A stretch of 64,000 nt of DNA from Bacteroidota bacterium (GCA_030706605.1 JAUZOE010000007.1:8729-72728); one strand, 5' to 3'; shown: positions 39,428-52,619, numbered from the stretch's first letter. Made by a program: numbers and translations. The notes: a model not told the origin generated them from the sequence alone.

Positions 39428-41356
39428 TTATTTTACTTCTTCAAATTCAGCATCAGTTACATTATCATTTGCACTGGCATCTGCACTTTCGGGGCTTGCT
39501 TGCTGCTGTGCACCACTATCAGCTTGACCATTTCCCTGTCCTGCGCCTGCTTCCTGGGTAGCTTTATACATCTCTTCACTTGCCGTAGTCCATGCAGCAT
39601 TTAATTCTGCTACAGAAGTATCAATAGTGGCTACATCCTGGTTTTTGTGTGCTTCTTTCAGTTTTGCCAAAGCTGCTTCAATCGGCCCTTTTTTATCTGC
39701 TGAAATTTTATCCCCAAATTCTTTCAATTGTTTTTCCGTCTGGAAAATCAAACTATCCGCCTGGTTTACTTTATCTACTTTTTCTCTGGCTAATTTATCA
39801 CTTGCTTCATTGGCTTTAGCTTCATTCTTCATTTTCTCAATTTCTTCTTTGCTTAATCCGCTACCTGCCTCAATACGAATATTGTGAGATTTCCCGGTTC
39901 CCTTATCTTTTGCAGAAACATTCAAAATACCATTAGCATCAATATCAAAAGTAACTTCTACCTGTGGAACACCACGTGGTGCCGGTGGAATACCATCAAG
40001 ATTAAATGTTCCTAAACTTTTATTTTGTGAAGCCATCGGACGTTCGCCCTGGAGCACCTGGATTTGTACACCCGGCTGATTATCGCTGGCAGTTGAAAAC
40101 ACTTCTGTTTTCTTTGTTGGTATCGTAGTATTGCTTTCAATAAGCCTTGTCATAACTCCACCCATAGTTTCAATACCTAAAGAAAGCGGGGTAACATCCA
40201 ATAACAATACATCTTTGATTTCACCGGTAAGAACACCTCCCTGAATAGCAGCGCCAATAGCCACTACTTCATCCGGGTTAACCCCTTTATGTGGTTTTTT
40301 CCCGAAGAAATTTTCTACCAGGTCCTGAACTTTTGGAATACGGGTAGAACCGCCCACAAGAATAACTTCGTTGATATCATCTTTTGTTAAACCGGCATCT
40401 TTCAATGCAACTTCACAAGGTTTCAAACAACGTGACAAAAGATCATCGGATAGTTTTTCAAAATGTGCCCGTGTTAATTTTTTTACCAAATGTTTCGGAA
40501 CGCCATCCACTGCAGTAATATAAGGAAGATTAATTTCTGTTTCGGTAGAAGATGACAATTCAATCTTCGCCTTTTCAGATGCTTCTTTCAGGCGCTGCCA
40601 GCTCATCGGATCTTTGTGAAGATCAATAGCTTCATCTTTTTTAAATTCAGCAGCGAGCCAGTCCATAATCACTTTATCAAAATCATCACCACCAAGGTGA
40701 GTGTCACCATTAGTGGATTTTACTTCAAAAACGCCATCGCCTAATTCAAGAATAGAAATATCGAAAGTACCACCACCCAGATCAAACACAGCAATCTTTT
40801 GGTCAACACTTTTTTTGTCAAGTCCGTATGCCAAAGCGGCGGCAGTAGGTTCATTAATGATACGACGAACTTTCAAGCCTGCTATTTCTCCCGCTTCTTT
40901 GGTAGCCTGTCTTTGCGAATCATTAAAATAAGCAGGAACGGTGATCACTGCTTCAGTTACTTCCTGTCCAAGATAATCTTCGGCAGTCTTCTTCATCTTC
41001 TGAAGAATCATTGCAGAAATTTCCTGGGGAGTATATTGCCTGCCATCTATATCAACACGAATGGTATCATTGTCGCCTTTTATTAATTTATAACTCTGGT
41101 GAGTAGCTTCAGTTGTTACTTCATCCCATTTGTGCCCCATAAAGCGTTTCACACTCATAATCGTATTTACGGGATTGGTAATCGCCTGCCTTTTCGCAGG
41201 ATCACCTACTTTTCGTTCGCCGTTTTTCATAAAAGCAACTACCGAAGGTGTGGTGCGGCGGCCTTCATCATTCGCGATTACTACCGGCTCATTTCCTTCC
41301 ATTACTGCCACGCAACTATTTGTAGTTCCGAGGTCAATTCCTATAATTTTTGCCAT
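39428..41356 (-). CDS. dnaK: Hsp70 chaperone DnaK
   Basis: [59 protein letters not shown]-terminus. Confidence 0.99.
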   Translation of the reverse strand: MAKIIGIDLGTTNSCVAVMEGNEPVVIANDEGRRTTPSVVAFMKNGERKVGDPAKRQAITNPVNTIMSVKRFMGHKWDEVTTEATHQSYKLIKGDNDTIRVDIDGRQYTPQEISAMILQKMKKTAEDYLGQEVTEAVITVPAYFNDSQRQATKEAGEIAGLKVRRIINEPTAAALAYGLDKKSVDQKIAVFDLGGGTFDISILELGDGVFEVKSTNGDTHLGGDDFDKVIMDWLAAEFKKDEAIDLHKDPMSWQRLKEASEKAKIELSSSTETEINLPYITAVDGVPKHLVKKLTRAHFEKLSDDLLSRCLKPCEVALKDAGLTKDDINEVILVGGSTRIPKVQDLVENFFGKKPHKGVNPDEVVAIGAAIQGGVLTGEIKDVLLLDVTPLSLGIETMGGVMTRLIESNTTIPTKKTEVFSTASDNQPGVQIQVLQGERPMASQNKSLGTFNLDGIPPAPRGVPQVEVTFDIDANGILNVSAKDKGTGKSHNIRIEAGSGLSKEEIEKMKNEAKANEASDKLAREKVDKVNQADSLIFQTEKQLKEFGDKISADKKGPIEAALAKLKEAHKNQDVATIDTSVAELNAAWTTASEEMYKATQEAGAGQGNGQADSGAQQQASPESADASANDNVTDAEFEEVK

Positions 41357-41386
41357 AACTTATTTTTTTATAATTAATTACTCATC

Positions 41387-41403
41387 GACAAGGTTTGTGC
41401 CAA
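41387..41403 (-). promoter_or_regulatory. possible sigma54-type -24/-12 element upstream of dnaK
   Basis: Minus strand TTGGCACAAACCTTGTC versus consensus YTGGCACGRNNNTTGCW; correct spacing but GT instead of GC at -12. Confidence 0.35.
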
Positions 41404-41455
41404 TGGATAAAAATGTGCAAAATTGGCAGAAACTATCAACAAAAAGATGTCCCGA

Positions 41456-41977
41456 TTACAGATCACGTACATTCCTTTCAGGCCTTACCTGTGGAGCTAT
41501 TTCTGTAGCAAGCGATCTAAACGTAAAATGCTTTTGGGATAAATAACTAAAAGTGACAATGAATACTGTAGCAATAATTTTGGCAATGGTAGGAAAAAAA
41601 TGCAGGTACTGAACCAATGCATTAATAATGGCATAATTGAGCGAAAGATTCACCGCAACGATTAAAACATACCGGAATAACTGTATATAGCTGCGTAAAT
41701 AGGAAGAATTGAAAACAATGAATTTGTTCAGCAAAAACCCAAGTGGAAATGTTATACAAAATGCCATCCCTAAAGCTGCATTATAAGGTTTTAATGAAAC
41801 AAAACCCAGGTCAAGAATATGCTGATGCAATATATAATTAAAACTTACATAAAAAAGAGTAATGTCCAGCAGCATATTACTTCCACCACAAACAGCATAA
41901 CGAAAAGTTTGCAAAGGCATCAACTTCCTGAAAGGCGGATAGAAATAATCTATAAAGGAGATAATTTTTTGTCGCAT
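41456..41977 (-). CDS. GtrA family membrane protein
   Basis: FRYAVCGG, four hydrophobic helices, QLFRY, TFSYLSQKHFTF. Confidence 0.85.
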   Translation of the reverse strand: MRQKIISFIDYFYPPFRKLMPLQTFRYAVCGGSNMLLDITLFYVSFNYILHQHILDLGFVSLKPYNAALGMAFCITFPLGFLLNKFIVFNSSYLRSYIQLFRYVLIVAVNLSLNYAIINALVQYLHFFPTIAKIIATVFIVTFSYLSQKHFTFRSLATEIAPQVRPERNVRDL

Positions 41978-42015
41978 TACTGCTACTGATCTTTTTACGT
42001 TTGGTTTTCTAAATT

Positions 42016-42043
42016 AAAATTCCCGGCTGTAGCCGGGAATTTT
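42016..42043 (-). terminator. intrinsic terminator downstream of the 42061..42528 gene
   Basis: AAAATTCCCGGCT-GT-AGCCGGGAATTTT inverted repeat. Confidence 0.8.
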
Positions 42044-42060
42044 TTATACAATTCTGTAAT

Positions 42061-42528
42061 TCATTTTAATACATACCGTAATCCAATTCCCAGTGATAAA
42101 TTAGATCCCGTAGAAGGTGCAAGGTAAAAGAAAGGATCAAATGCAAGACTCACATCAATAGGCGCATCTGCAAATTTATAATCCACACCGCCGGTAAGTC
42201 TTAAAGCAAAAGAAGTACTGTTATTATTATATCTGCCTGTGCCGAAGCCCAACATACCACCACCTCCAACAAAATAATTTAAACCTTCAGCTCCTGTTAT
42301 CGGACCCTGGTATTCATATAACCCTTCTATACCCAAACCTCCACTAAAAAAAAGCAATGAACCTTCCAAAGCTGTATTGGAGGAAGCCATATGGCGAATA
42401 TTCAAGCCTCCTATAGAACCATCACCTGTATAAAATTTGGCACCTAATGCAGTCTGGTATGTTTGAGCATTTGCCGCTGTAACCGCGAGGCAAATAAATG
42501 CGAATAATAAAAGGGGTACTTTTTTCAT
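42061..42528 (-). CDS. small outer-membrane beta-barrel protein
   Basis: Signal peptide ending ANAQ, alternating beta strands, C-terminal GIGLRYVL. Confidence 0.7.
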   Translation of the reverse strand: MKKVPLLLFAFICLAVTAANAQTYQTALGAKFYTGDGSIGGLNIRHMASSNTALEGSLLFFSGGLGIEGLYEYQGPITGAEGLNYFVGGGGMLGFGTGRYNNNSTSFALRLTGGVDYKFADAPIDVSLAFDPFFYLAPSTGSNLSLGIGLRYVLK

Positions 42529-42708
42529 AAATAACGTTTTTGATTTTTCTTTTTGACAATATAATTCAGTTGCAAAAGTATTGAATGCAAAATTCTAGCC
42601 AAAAGGTTTTAGCTTTTCATTTACAAAAAATAAATATACAACGAGATGATCTATTTATGATTAAAGTGAAAAGACGCTACTCCGGCAATAGAATTAAAAG
42701 AACCCGGG

Positions 42709-43545
42709 TTACCTATTATCCCTGTTGTCTTCAGACCCGGGTACATGATGAATTACTCTTTGCGGAAAAGGTATATTGATATTATTTGAAGTAAATAATT
42801 CAAAAATACTTGTCCTTATATCACTCTTAATATTTTCTACTCTATATACTTCCTCTGACCAAAAGTGGACTGAAAAATTCAACGATGAATCGCCAAAATC
42901 ATTAAAACGCACAAACGGGGCAGGATTTTTCAAAACACCTTCCTGGTTATCTGCTACTTCTTTTAAAACCTTTTTCACAAGATTGACATCTGAAGAATAA
43001 GAAACCCCTACCGTAACTTCAAACCTGGACGCAACAGCATTGTGTGTCCAGTTGACAAAACGGTTTTTGGTTAATTCTGTATTAGGCAATATGATATATT
43101 TATCATCTCGTGTAAGTACGGTGGTAGTGCGCAGGTTAATTTCCTGCACTTTACATACCAGTTCATTTACCTCGATGATATCATCCACTTTTATTTTTGA
43201 TTCTACCAAAAGAATAATACCTGAAATAAAATCACTGAAAAGATTCTGAAGCCCCAGGCCAATACCAACCAATAGTGCTGCTGAACCAGCCAAAAGCACC
43301 GATAAATTAAAATCCAATATCTGTAGTGCAAACACCGTTGCAAAAACCAATATAAAATACTTGATTAAAGTATAGATGGAATATTTCTTAGCAAAGTCAA
43401 TTTTAGAAGTGCTGTTGATTGCTTTCTTGATAACCCTAAGAATAAGATTTACAACAATGATTAATAAAAGAAGCCCCAGTATGGAAGAAACGGTCAGTTT
43501 AAAATTTTCAAATTCCAGTAAAGTATAATTAAAAAAATCTTTCAT
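42709..43545 (-). CDS. small-conductance mechanosensitive channel (MscS family)
   Basis: LLAGSAALLVGIGLGLQNLFSDFISG, VQEINLRTT, ILPN, VGVSYSSD, FNDFGDSSLNF, IPFPQR. Confidence 0.92.
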   Translation of the reverse strand: MKDFFNYTLLEFENFKLTVSSILGLLLLIIVVNLILRVIKKAINSTSKIDFAKKYSIYTLIKYFILVFATVFALQILDFNLSVLLAGSAALLVGIGLGLQNLFSDFISGIILLVESKIKVDDIIEVNELVCKVQEINLRTTTVLTRDDKYIILPNTELTKNRFVNWTHNAVASRFEVTVGVSYSSDVNLVKKVLKEVADNQEGVLKNPAPFVRFNDFGDSSLNFSVHFWSEEVYRVENIKSDIRTSIFELFTSNNINIPFPQRVIHHVPGSEDNRDNR

Positions 43546-43754
43546 GCAATTTGATTTTATTGGAATTTACCTTTGATTAATTTGAAGTTCACTTCTATTC
43601 ACTTTACTTTTTTGAGAGAAGGGTTAATCAGTGTACAATTAAATATAAGCAATGCCATTCAAATTACTGTAAGAATTTGTTTCCTGTATTTGCATTGTGG
43701 GAAATACCTGGCACACGCTTTCAGTAAACTGCCATCATTGTTTGCAGAATGAAA

Positions 43755-45386
<1,632 letters not shown>

Positions 45387-45405
45387 TCAGTTTTTTTTGA
45401 AGCCG

Positions 45406-45413
45406 CAAAAGTA
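45406..45413 (-). promoter_or_regulatory. housekeeping -7 element for the ABC-F gene
   Basis: TACTTTTG matches TAnnTTTG, 25 nt upstream of the ATG. Confidence 0.55.
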
Positions 45414-45648
45414 AGATTTTAATTTTTTTGATTACAGGGAAAGATGAATTGTTTGGATAATTAATGACTATTAAAAACTAACATGTGAATAACTATTTCA
45501 TAATCATTGCCGGGATTGTTTTTCCGTGTATTAAACCACGACATCATGGGGTATTCCTCAATATCCAATTTAAAGAGTTATTCAAAAGCCTTTTTTATAA
45601 AGAAGTAAAGTTAATTTTGCCATTCATTTTTTTATTTATGTTTTATAT

Positions 45649-47439
45649 ATGCCGTTTACTAATTTTATACAGGAAATAGTTATTAAAAATTTAACCGACT
45701 TATATAGTCAGCAATTCAGTGAAAAAGATTTTCAGATCAATGAAACCAAGCCCGAATTTGAAGGCGACTATACAGTAGTGCTTTTTGCGCTGGTCAAAAC
45801 TTTAAAAAAATCACCTGAAATCCTGGGAAATGAATTGGGCACTCATTTATTAAAAAGCTATCCTGATTTTTTCTTCGGTTATAATGTCATTAAAGGTTTT
45901 TTGAACCTGGAAATTACTGAAAACCAGTTGACCCTGTTTTTGCAGAAGAATTATAATAAAGACAGCTTTGGTAAAAAACCATCGAATCATAAAAAGGTAA
46001 TGGTGGAATATTCTTCGCCTAATACCAACAAACCGCTACACCTCGGGCATCTGAGAAATAATTTCCTAGGATGGAGTATTGCGGAAATTCTAAAAGCCAA
46101 TGGCTATGATGTAATCAAAACTTCAATTGTAAATGACCGGGGGATTCATATTTGCAAAAGCATGATTGCCTGGCAAATGTTTGCCGAAGGCGCCACTCCT
46201 GAATTGACTCATGAAAAAGGAGATCACCTTGTAGGCGATTATTATGTAAAATTTAATGATGAATATAAAAAGGAAGTTGGGCAATTAATACAGGCAGGCA
46301 AACCAAAAGAAGAGGCAGAAAAAGAAGCACCAATAATGAAAAAAACACAGCAGATGCTGCTGGGATGGGAACAAGGCAATCCTGAAGTAAGGGCACTTTG
46401 GGAAAAAATGAATAGCTGGGTCTATAAAGGTTTTGATGAAACTTATAAACGCATCGGAAGCGATTTCGATCATACCTTTTACGAAAGCAATACTTATCTT
46501 TTAGGAAAAGATTTTGTGCAGGAAGGTTTGCAAAAAAATATCTTATTCAAAAAGGAAGATGGCAGCGTATGGGTTGATCTTTCGGACAAGGGACTGGATG
46601 AAAAATTAGTTTTGAGAGGCGATGGCACATCGGTTTATATTACACAGGACATTGGCCTGGCCAAACAAAAATTTAATGAATATAATTTAGATAAGAGCAT
46701 CTATGTTATCGGCGATGAGCAATTGTATCACATGAAAGTGCTGAAAGAAATCTGCAGAAAATTGGGGATGCCTTTTGCTGATGATATTTTTCATTTAAGC
46801 TACGGAATGGTGGAATTAACCACGGGTAAAATGAAAAGCAGGGAAGGTACCGTGGTTGATGCCGACGACCTGGTTGACGAAATGATTGCTACCGCAGAAA
46901 AACATACAGAGGAATTAGGGAAAGTAAAAGACTTTACCCAAGAAGAATTAAAAGACCTGTATGACACTTTAGGTTTGGGAGCCATGAAGTTTTATTTATT
47001 AAGAGTGGATCCCAAAAAACGCATGATCTTTAACCCGGAGGAGAGCATTGATTTTCATGGATTCACCGGTCCTTTTGTGCAATATACTTATGCCAGGATT
47101 CAATCTATTTTAAAGAAAGTGGAAAGTGAGCACCTTGCAATTGATCATATACAATTGACAAGGAATACACTTCTTCCACTTGAGCGGCAATTAATTATTT
47201 TGCTGGAAAAATATGTCAATGCAGTTGCTGATGCAGCCACAGAAATGAATCCATCAATTATTGCCAATTATGTTTTTAACCTGGCCAAACTTTTCAATTC
47301 TTTTTATGCGGAACATTCCGTTGCCAATGCAGAAAATGATCAAAAGAAAGAATTGCGTGTTACCCTAAGTGTAATGACCGCAACAGTTATAAAAAACGGG
47401 TTGCAACTTTTAGGAATAAAAGTTCCGGATCGCATGTAA
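45649..47439 (+). CDS. argS: arginine--tRNA ligase
   Basis: VEYSSPNTNKPLHLGHLRN (HIGH), GKMKSREG (KMSK-like), GPFVQYTYARI, C-terminal PDRM. Confidence 0.98.
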   Translation: MPFTNFIQEIVIKNLTDLYSQQFSEKDFQINETKPEFEGDYTVVLFALVKTLKKSPEILGNELGTHLLKSYPDFFFGYNVIKGFLNLEITENQLTLFLQKNYNKDSFGKKPSNHKKVMVEYSSPNTNKPLHLGHLRNNFLGWSIAEILKANGYDVIKTSIVNDRGIHICKSMIAWQMFAEGATPELTHEKGDHLVGDYYVKFNDEYKKEVGQLIQAGKPKEEAEKEAPIMKKTQQMLLGWEQGNPEVRALWEKMNSWVYKGFDETYKRIGSDFDHTFYESNTYLLGKDFVQEGLQKNILFKKEDGSVWVDLSDKGLDEKLVLRGDGTSVYITQDIGLAKQKFNEYNLDKSIYVIGDEQLYHMKVLKEICRKLGMPFADDIFHLSYGMVELTTGKMKSREGTVVDADDLVDEMIATAEKHTEELGKVKDFTQEELKDLYDTLGLGAMKFYLLRVDPKKRMIFNPEESIDFHGFTGPFVQYTYARIQSILKKVESEHLAIDHIQLTRNTLLPLERQLIILLEKYVNAVADAATEMNPSIIANYVFNLAKLFNSFYAEHSVANAENDQKKELRVTLSVMTATVIKNGLQLLGIKVPDRM

Positions 47440-47521
47440 TATTTTTCTTTCTAATCAATACTGAACATTCAAATAAAATGGACAGAAGGCTACACCTTTC
47501 CCCTGGGTTAGGCTATACACG

Positions 47522-49030
47522 TCATGATTTTTTCTTCCAGGGTATTTTTTTGAGTATCGTTTCCCAAACAGGCAATACATCTGGCGATAAATCAAAATAA
47601 ACGATAGCGCCGCCATACAATGCGACAAACACAATGGTCTTAATCATGATTCCCCCAAAGCCGTGAAATGAAATAAAGGAATAATAACAAATACAAAAAC
47701 TTACAAAAGCCAGGATAATTGCATAAATCGTTTTCCGGCTAAAGGGATGCATATTGAATTTTCGTTTCAGAAAAATGATGCGGATCGTATTATAAACCGA
47801 CAGTGAAATTAAGTTGGAATAACCGGCGCCGATTATTCCGAAATGCTTTACCAGGATATAGTTGAGTGGCACTACCAAAGTCAATAAGATCATGCCACTT
47901 ATAAATTCAAAACGCCAGTAAGTAGAAGTTCCGATTATGGTAGAATTCACTCCTGTTCCCAAATCTACTACCCGTGCTATTCCCAAAAAGAAAAAAATCC
48001 ATTCCGATTCCAGGTAGGCGGGCTTTAATTTGAAAGTGTTTACTGCATCCTGGTAGCTGAGCCAGACTACCAAAAATATCCCCAATGAAGCAATCAATAA
48101 ATTAATACCTGAACGTTGATAAATTACATTAATCTTGTCATAGTCCTTATCTTTCCATGCTTTGGACAGCACAGGAATAGATGCTGCAACAGCGCCCCGC
48201 TGAGGAGCCTGCACTAATCCTGCAACTACATTTCCCAACGCAAATATTCCCGCAGAAGCAGTTCCCAAAAGCGACATGATAATAATAGTATCAATAAATG
48301 AAGCTATCATAAAAATGGTACCTCCAACGTAAACCAACGAAGCCATAGAAACCATTTTCTTATAAAACTTTTTAGTAACGCGGCTAATGGTAAATGTGAT
48401 ATAAAATTCCTTTTTCCATATTAAATAAACAAGCAGCACCAGGGCCACCACGCCATAGCTGAAGGTGTACATCTTTATAAACGTATCAAAACTGTTGATC
48501 AACTTAAAGCTCAATAAAAAAATAAGAAATAGGGTAAGTAACCTGAATAGAAGTTCTCTTAAAAAAGTAGTGAAGATCGATTTACGGATATTCCACGCAA
48601 AAACCTCAAGTATGGAAAAAATAAGAATAGAGAATCCAAAAGGAAATACCCATAAATAGTATTGAACAAATTCTGGCGAATTACCTTCAAATTTCCTCAC
48701 TACCAGGTCCCTGAATACATACCCGGCAAGGATAACAAAGCAAAATCCGACCAAACTAACCAGGAAGGCCCAGGTCAAAAGATCATTTTTCTTTTTTGGC
48801 AGGTTATCATTATAATAAGGATAGAATTTGTAAACCACCGATACCATCCCGAGATTGGCAAAAGCAAACATCAGGTTGCCAACAGCTATAAAAATATTCG
48901 TTAGTCCATATTCTGAAGGAGTAAATGCAGAACCCTGCCTCGTAAAAAGATAAGTATTGATAAAGCCGATAACAAAACCGGAATAAACAAACAATGTGGA
49001 TATAATGCTTTGCCTTCGTACCTGCGACAT
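47522..49030 (-). CDS. polysaccharide biosynthesis flippase (MOP/PST superfamily)
   Basis: About 12-14 hydrophobic helices; RRQSIISTLFVYSGFVIG..Y, EYGL, LNYILV..FGIIGAG C-terminal pattern. Confidence 0.8.
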   Translation of the reverse strand: MSQVRRQSIISTLFVYSGFVIGFINTYLFTRQGSAFTPSEYGLTNIFIAVGNLMFAFANLGMVSVVYKFYPYYNDNLPKKKNDLLTWAFLVSLVGFCFVILAGYVFRDLVVRKFEGNSPEFVQYYLWVFPFGFSILIFSILEVFAWNIRKSIFTTFLRELLFRLLTLFLIFLLSFKLINSFDTFIKMYTFSYGVVALVLLVYLIWKKEFYITFTISRVTKKFYKKMVSMASLVYVGGTIFMIASFIDTIIIMSLLGTASAGIFALGNVVAGLVQAPQRGAVAASIPVLSKAWKDKDYDKINVIYQRSGINLLIASLGIFLVVWLSYQDAVNTFKLKPAYLESEWIFFFLGIARVVDLGTGVNSTIIGTSTYWRFEFISGMILLTLVVPLNYILVKHFGIIGAGYSNLISLSVYNTIRIIFLKRKFNMHPFSRKTIYAIILAFVSFCICYYSFISFHGFGGIMIKTIVFVALYGGAIVYFDLSPDVLPVWETILKKIPWKKKS

Positions 49031-49104
49031 AGATGAGATTAAGGCTCTAAATTAGGAGTAAAATTTTTGTTGGCAATATTTTAAAGATTTTTGAAAGTTC
49101 CACA

Positions 49105-50832
49105 TCATTCTGTACCTGCGCGATTTACTTCTTTAATACCTACGTAAAAATTTTCATCCACTTTTATTTTATTAACTCCTCTTGGCACCTCTTGAAATTG
49201 TTGAGTAGGATGAATGAAAATGAGATTCCCCTTTTCATTATAAATTTTTACAGGCATGTTAAAACCATTTATGCAATTACTCCACCGGTAAAAGAGTTTT
49301 CCGTTTACCGATTTATATTCCAGTTCGGGAATTTCGGTGGTACGTAAATACTGGTCAAACACTTTTGAAAAATCAATCCCCGATTTTTTGCTGATATAAT
49401 CTTCAATTTGTTTTGTGGTAACAGTTTGATGATAAAATGTTTGATTCATCCCTCGCAGAATACTTCTGAACAAGTCATCATTGTTGATAATTTGTCTTAT
49501 GATGTGTATCATATTAGCGCCTTTATAATACATATCTCCACTCCCCTCTTCATTTACCCCATAATGTGCTATTATAGGTTTAGCATTACTGATATTTTTT
49601 CTGATACCCACCACATAATCCGTTGCTGCCTGCCTGCCATAGTAATATTCAGTAAAAAGAACTTCGGCATAATTGGCAAACGATTCATGAATCCACATGT
49701 CTGCCAGATCTTTTGAAGTAATATTATTGCCAAACCATTCATGGGCGCTTTCATGAACAATGATAAAATCCCATTTTAATCCCCACCCGCTTTGGGAAAG
49801 ATCATGTTCGCGATAGCCATTCATATACCCGTTTCCATAAGCAATAGCGCTCTGGTGTTCCATTCCAAGGTAAGGAGCATCTACCAGTTTGTAACCATCT
49901 TCATAAAAAGGATAAGGACCAAACCAATATTCAAATGCCTTCATCATTCGTGGCGCCTCTTTAAATTGTTTTTTTGCCTTTGCAAGGTTTGAGTCCAACA
50001 CCCAATAATCCAGGGTTAAATCACCTTTTTCACCTTTGTATATTTCTCCCCAATGCACATATTTACCAATGTAAAAAGAGATGTCATAATTATTAATCGG
50101 ATCCACTACCGCCCAAGTATAGGTACTATTTCCATCACCATCATCTTTAACACTCCGAAGTCTTCCATTACTTACAGTAATCAAATCCGACGGGGCAGTA
50201 AAATGCATTTCAGCGCTATCCGGTTCATCACCCTGGTAATCTTTGCATGGATACCAAACACTGGCACCCAAACCCTGACATGCAACTGCTACCCACGGAT
50301 TTCCTGCTTTATCTTTGGTCCAGATAAGACCTCCATCCCATGGAGCATTTTTAGCAACTTTAGGTTTACCGTGATAATAAACAGTAAAAGAATATGGAGT
50401 TGATTTTGTTTCTTTCACATTATAAACAAGAGGTCGATTTGATTTTTTTAAACTGACAAACCATACATTACCTTCTTTTATAAAACCAAGTTTTTCCCTG
50501 GAAGGTTTTCTTATTCTACTATCCACATCCATTGAAACCAATCCCGATCCATAATCCGCTATCACAGAATCCATAATCAATGGATCCTGTAAATCGATCT
50601 GAAAATAATCAACATGATTTCTATTCAGTTCTTTATAGCTGATAATATTATAACCACTAATACTGCTATCGGGTAAATTAAATTTTACATATAAATCATA
50701 TTTAGTCACATCCCACCAACTTCTTCCGGGACCATTGCTGCCGCGTAATGTATCCGCATGTGTGAAAGATTGCCCGAAAGAAAAATTAAAACCAATCAGC
50801 AATAAATTTAAAACCACGATTATCTTTTTCAT
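49105..50832 (-). CDS. M1 family zinc aminopeptidase (secreted)
   Basis: LGMEHQS exopeptidase motif, HESAHEWFGN (HEXXH), WIHESFANY third ligand, MYYKGA. Confidence 0.92.
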   Translation of the reverse strand: MKKIIVVLNLLLIGFNFSFGQSFTHADTLRGSNGPGRSWWDVTKYDLYVKFNLPDSSISGYNIISYKELNRNHVDYFQIDLQDPLIMDSVIADYGSGLVSMDVDSRIRKPSREKLGFIKEGNVWFVSLKKSNRPLVYNVKETKSTPYSFTVYYHGKPKVAKNAPWDGGLIWTKDKAGNPWVAVACQGLGASVWYPCKDYQGDEPDSAEMHFTAPSDLITVSNGRLRSVKDDGDGNSTYTWAVVDPINNYDISFYIGKYVHWGEIYKGEKGDLTLDYWVLDSNLAKAKKQFKEAPRMMKAFEYWFGPYPFYEDGYKLVDAPYLGMEHQSAIAYGNGYMNGYREHDLSQSGWGLKWDFIIVHESAHEWFGNNITSKDLADMWIHESFANYAEVLFTEYYYGRQAATDYVVGIRKNISNAKPIIAHYGVNEEGSGDMYYKGANMIHIIRQIINNDDLFRSILRGMNQTFYHQTVTTKQIEDYISKKSGIDFSKVFDQYLRTTEIPELEYKSVNGKLFYRWSNCINGFNMPVKIYNEKGNLIFIHPTQQFQEVPRGVNKIKVDENFYVGIKEVNRAGTE

Positions 50833-50861
50833 TTACTAAATTTATTTTTTTTGAAACAAAT

Positions 50862-52526
50862 ATGAAGTTAAAAATACAATTGATCGTGCCTTCTGTAACA
50901 TATTTAAAAAACGAACTACTTTTTTTACTCTCAGTGATCTTGTTGTTTTTCACCTCATGTAGTCATCATGAAAATGTGAAAAATATTTTTCATTACAATG
51001 AGCAATCCGGCATTGCCACACTTGACCCTGCATTTGCCAAGAATCAATCTATCATGTGGGCAGTGCACCAGATTTATAATACACTTGTGCAGACAGATAA
51101 TCATTTGAATATTGTTCCATCACTTGCAAAAAGCTGGGATGTATCTCCCGATAACCTGACTTTCATTTTTCATTTACGCAACGATGTCTTCTTTCAGGAT
51201 AATGAGACATTTCCCGGCGGGAAAGGAAGAAAAATGACAGCTAAAGATGTGGTATATAGTTTTGAAAGAATTCTTGATAAAAATACTGCCAGCAGCGGGG
51301 CCTGGATTTTTAATGGGAGGGTAGATACCGTACGGCCTTTTACCGCCATTGATGACACTACTTTTCAATTAAAATTATTAAAACCCTTCCACCCGATTAT
51401 CGGGGTTATGAGTATGCAATATTGTTCCATAGTTCCCAAAGAAGTAGTACAAAAATATGGCAAAGATTTTCGCCGGCACCCCTGTGGCACCGGTCCATTT
51501 CAGTTCGTAGCCTGGGAAGAAGGACAAGCCCTTATTCTGAAAAAAAATCCATTGTATTTTGAAAAAGACAGTACAGGCCAAAGACTTCCTTACCTGGATG
51601 GAATTAAAATTTCCTTCCTCGAAAATAAAGCAACCGAATTTTTAGAATTCCAGGAGAAACACCTTGAATTTATTAATGATATTGACCCTTCTTTTAAAGA
51701 TGAAGTGCTTACCAAAAGCGGCACTCTCAGGAAAGACTGGCAGGGGAAAATCGTATTGGTAAAACATCCTTATCTCAATACAGAATACCTCGGTTTTTTA
51801 ATGGATACCAGTTTGAGTATTGTCAATAATTCCCCGCTCCGTTTATTAAAAGTGAGGCAGGCCATTAATTACGGGTTCAACAGGAGAAAGATGATGGTAT
51901 ACATCCGTAATTCTATCGGTACACCTGCAGAAAGTGGCTTCATTCCCGCAGGCTTCCCTTCATTCGATTCAACTGCGGTTATTGGCTACCATTACAATCC
52001 AGCAAAGGCTTTGCAATTATTAAAAGAAGCCGGTTACCCGAATGGAAAAGGGCTGCCCGCTATCAAATTATTAACTGTCCCCATTTACTCAGACCTGGCC
52101 AGTTATATTGCCAACGAACTCGGGCAAATTGGCATTAAGATACAGGTAGAAGCTATTCAAAAAAGCTTGTTGCTTGAACAAACTGCCAAATCAGAAGCTT
52201 TGTTTTTTCGTGGAAGCTGGATTGCCGATTACCCGGATGCAGAAAATTTTTTAAGTGTTTTTTATGGGGGAAATCCTGCTCCTCCCAATTATACCAGATA
52301 TAAAAATTCAAAATATGATAAATTATATGAAGCTGCATTAGCAGAAAAAAATGATTCCATCAGGTATAAAATTTACCAGCAGGCCGACCAATTAATAATC
52401 AAAGATGCGCCCATAGTACCTTTGTGGTACGATATGGTAATTCACCTGGTACAACCATATGTAAAACATTTTCCACCCAACAGCTTAAATTTGCTTGAAT
52501 TAAGAAGAGTAAAACTTGAAAAGTAA
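50862..52526 (+). CDS. ABC transporter substrate-binding lipoprotein, family 5 (peptide/nickel)
   Basis: Lipobox FTSC, TLDPAFA, PSLAKSW.VS.D.LTF.FHLR.DV.F, CGTGPFQF, VRQAINYG, WIADYPD. Confidence 0.9.
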   Translation: MKLKIQLIVPSVTYLKNELLFLLSVILLFFTSCSHHENVKNIFHYNEQSGIATLDPAFAKNQSIMWAVHQIYNTLVQTDNHLNIVPSLAKSWDVSPDNLTFIFHLRNDVFFQDNETFPGGKGRKMTAKDVVYSFERILDKNTASSGAWIFNGRVDTVRPFTAIDDTTFQLKLLKPFHPIIGVMSMQYCSIVPKEVVQKYGKDFRRHPCGTGPFQFVAWEEGQALILKKNPLYFEKDSTGQRLPYLDGIKISFLENKATEFLEFQEKHLEFINDIDPSFKDEVLTKSGTLRKDWQGKIVLVKHPYLNTEYLGFLMDTSLSIVNNSPLRLLKVRQAINYGFNRRKMMVYIRNSIGTPAESGFIPAGFPSFDSTAVIGYHYNPAKALQLLKEAGYPNGKGLPAIKLLTVPIYSDLASYIANELGQIGIKIQVEAIQKSLLLEQTAKSEALFFRGSWIADYPDAENFLSVFYGGNPAPPNYTRYKNSKYDKLYEAALAEKNDSIRYKIYQQADQLIIKDAPIVPLWYDMVIHLVQPYVKHFPPNSLNLLELRRVKLEK

Positions 52527-52619
52527 ATTTTCGTAATAAGTTAAACTGCGAATAAACTACCCTGTTATGGCTAAAAAAACGTACATTACAGCTTTCTATA
52601 TTTTATAATTTTACACATA

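Noticed and set aside
39627-41546. Several plus-strand ORFs antisense to dnaK
   Set aside because: Typical shadow ORFs of a conserved, codon-biased gene
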